From Mobula hypostoma (taxonomy: Eukaryota), in contig NC_086111.1 in assembly GCF_963921235.1 (NCBI RefSeq), positions 51,894,001-51,958,000 of the forward strand: a DNA stretch of 64,000 nt, in the 5' to 3' direction. The position numbers and the translations under genes are program-made. The notes under the pieces were generated by a model, which saw nothing but the letters and a program-made list of their open reading frames with translations, ran no database searches and was not told the origin of the DNA. The number at the start of each line of letters is the position of its first letter. The stretch's first letter is position 1. Shown here piece after piece: positions 62,930 to 64,000 of the stretch.

Positions 62930-64000
62930 ATCTCAAGTTCAAGTTTATTGTTATGGGTATATTTGCCTGCAAACTAGCTTCCTGCAGCAGCATAATAAAT
63001 TACAAGAATAAATTAACATAAATTATGCACAACTTACATGACAGAACGAACAAAAAAACATAAACATCATCATCAACAACGATGATGCAGCCTACAGAGA
63101 GGAGGTGGAAGAGCTCGAGCCCTAGTGCCAGGAAAATAACCTCTTCCTCATTGCCAACAAGACAAAAGAGATGTATCGACTTCAGGAGAAACTGCAACAC
63201 TCACACCCCTCGTCACATTGGCGGCACAGCAGTGGAACTGCGAGCAGTTTCAATCTCCCGGGAGTGGACATCATACACAACCTCTCATGCTCCCGGATTG
63301 CATTTTACCTAATCGAGAGAGCTCACCAATGCCTCTGCTTTCTGAGGAGGCTGAGAAGAGCTAGACATCGCACATCTGTACTCATGACCTACAGATGCAC
63401 AGTAAACAATGCAAGTTCAGTGAAATATGCAAGCAGAATTAAGGGTTTTTAGATTGGTTCAAGAACTTGGTGGGAGTGGGGGAGAAATTGTTGTTGAACC
63501 AAGAGGTATGGGTCTTCAGACTCCTCTACCTCCAGCCCAAAGTCAACAATGAGTAGAGGGAATGGTGGAGGTCCTTAAAGATGGATGTTTCCTTCCTAAG
63601 ACATGGCCTCTTATAGATGTCCTCAATGATGGGGAGAGCTGTATCTGTGATGGAACTGGCTGAATTCTCTGCTGTCTCTTGCATTCCTGTACCTTCGAGT
63701 TCCTACGCCAGGCCATGATGCTAGCACTCAGAATGCTTAACATTCTATATCTGTAGAACTCTTCAGTGACATGCTGAACCTCCCTAAACGTCAAAAAAAG
63801 TGGAGGCACTAGTGCACAGCCTCATTGTTGCATCCATGTGTTGGGCCCATGATAGGTCCTGCATCCTACGAGATGCTGAGACCTTGGAACTTACAGTTGC
63901 TCACCCTTTCCACTACAGACCCTTCAAAGAGGATTGGTGCTAGATTGCCTGACTTCCTTCTCCTAAAGTCCATAGTCAGTTCCTTGGATCTGCTGACGTC
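62930..64000. mobile_element. Rex1/Babar-type fragments (plus ~63060-63410 within a minus-strand copy)
   Basis: NNDDAAYREEVE and FLRRLRRA on plus; FYRYR.LSILSASI.AW on minus. Confidence 0.65.

Overview
Eukaryotic, intron-rich vertebrate genomic DNA, most likely a cartilaginous fish (ray/skate-type CR1, Penelope, Rex/Babar and V-SINE repeats; the taxon is inferred). Three spliced genes were rebuilt by hand from GT-AG boundaries with consistent reading-frame phases. (1) On the minus strand, exons 1-8 of a V-ATPase accessory subunit S1 (Ac45) family gene (ATG 19065 to 704, continuing off the left edge). Its C-terminal half is ATP6AP1L-type, it keeps the whole ATP6AP1-like N-terminal half, and it lacks the furin motif. 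(2) Head-to-head with it, ~400 bp away, a complete 4-exon RPS23 (19462-27188, 143 aa, 5'TOP). (3) On the plus strand, the 5' part of DNAH12 (RFX-box CpG promoter ~33.7 kb; coding exons 35216-62463, continuing off the right edge). Much of the rest is transposon-derived: a three-tier nest of LINEs (a full-length RNase H-bearing Nimb/I-clade element inside a CR1 inside another CR1), a decayed Gypsy, two solo LTRs, Tc1- and hAT-like non-autonomous elements, and Penelope ends with decayed hammerhead motifs. Most ORFs in the supplied track are TE fragments or noise. There are no CRISPR arrays, rRNA or true tRNA genes. I found no wholly new system. The best leads are the full-length, furin-site-less Ac45 paralogue and its possibly paralogous RPS23-DNAH12 neighbourhood. 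Comparisons with human proteins and exon sizes are from memory, not from a search.
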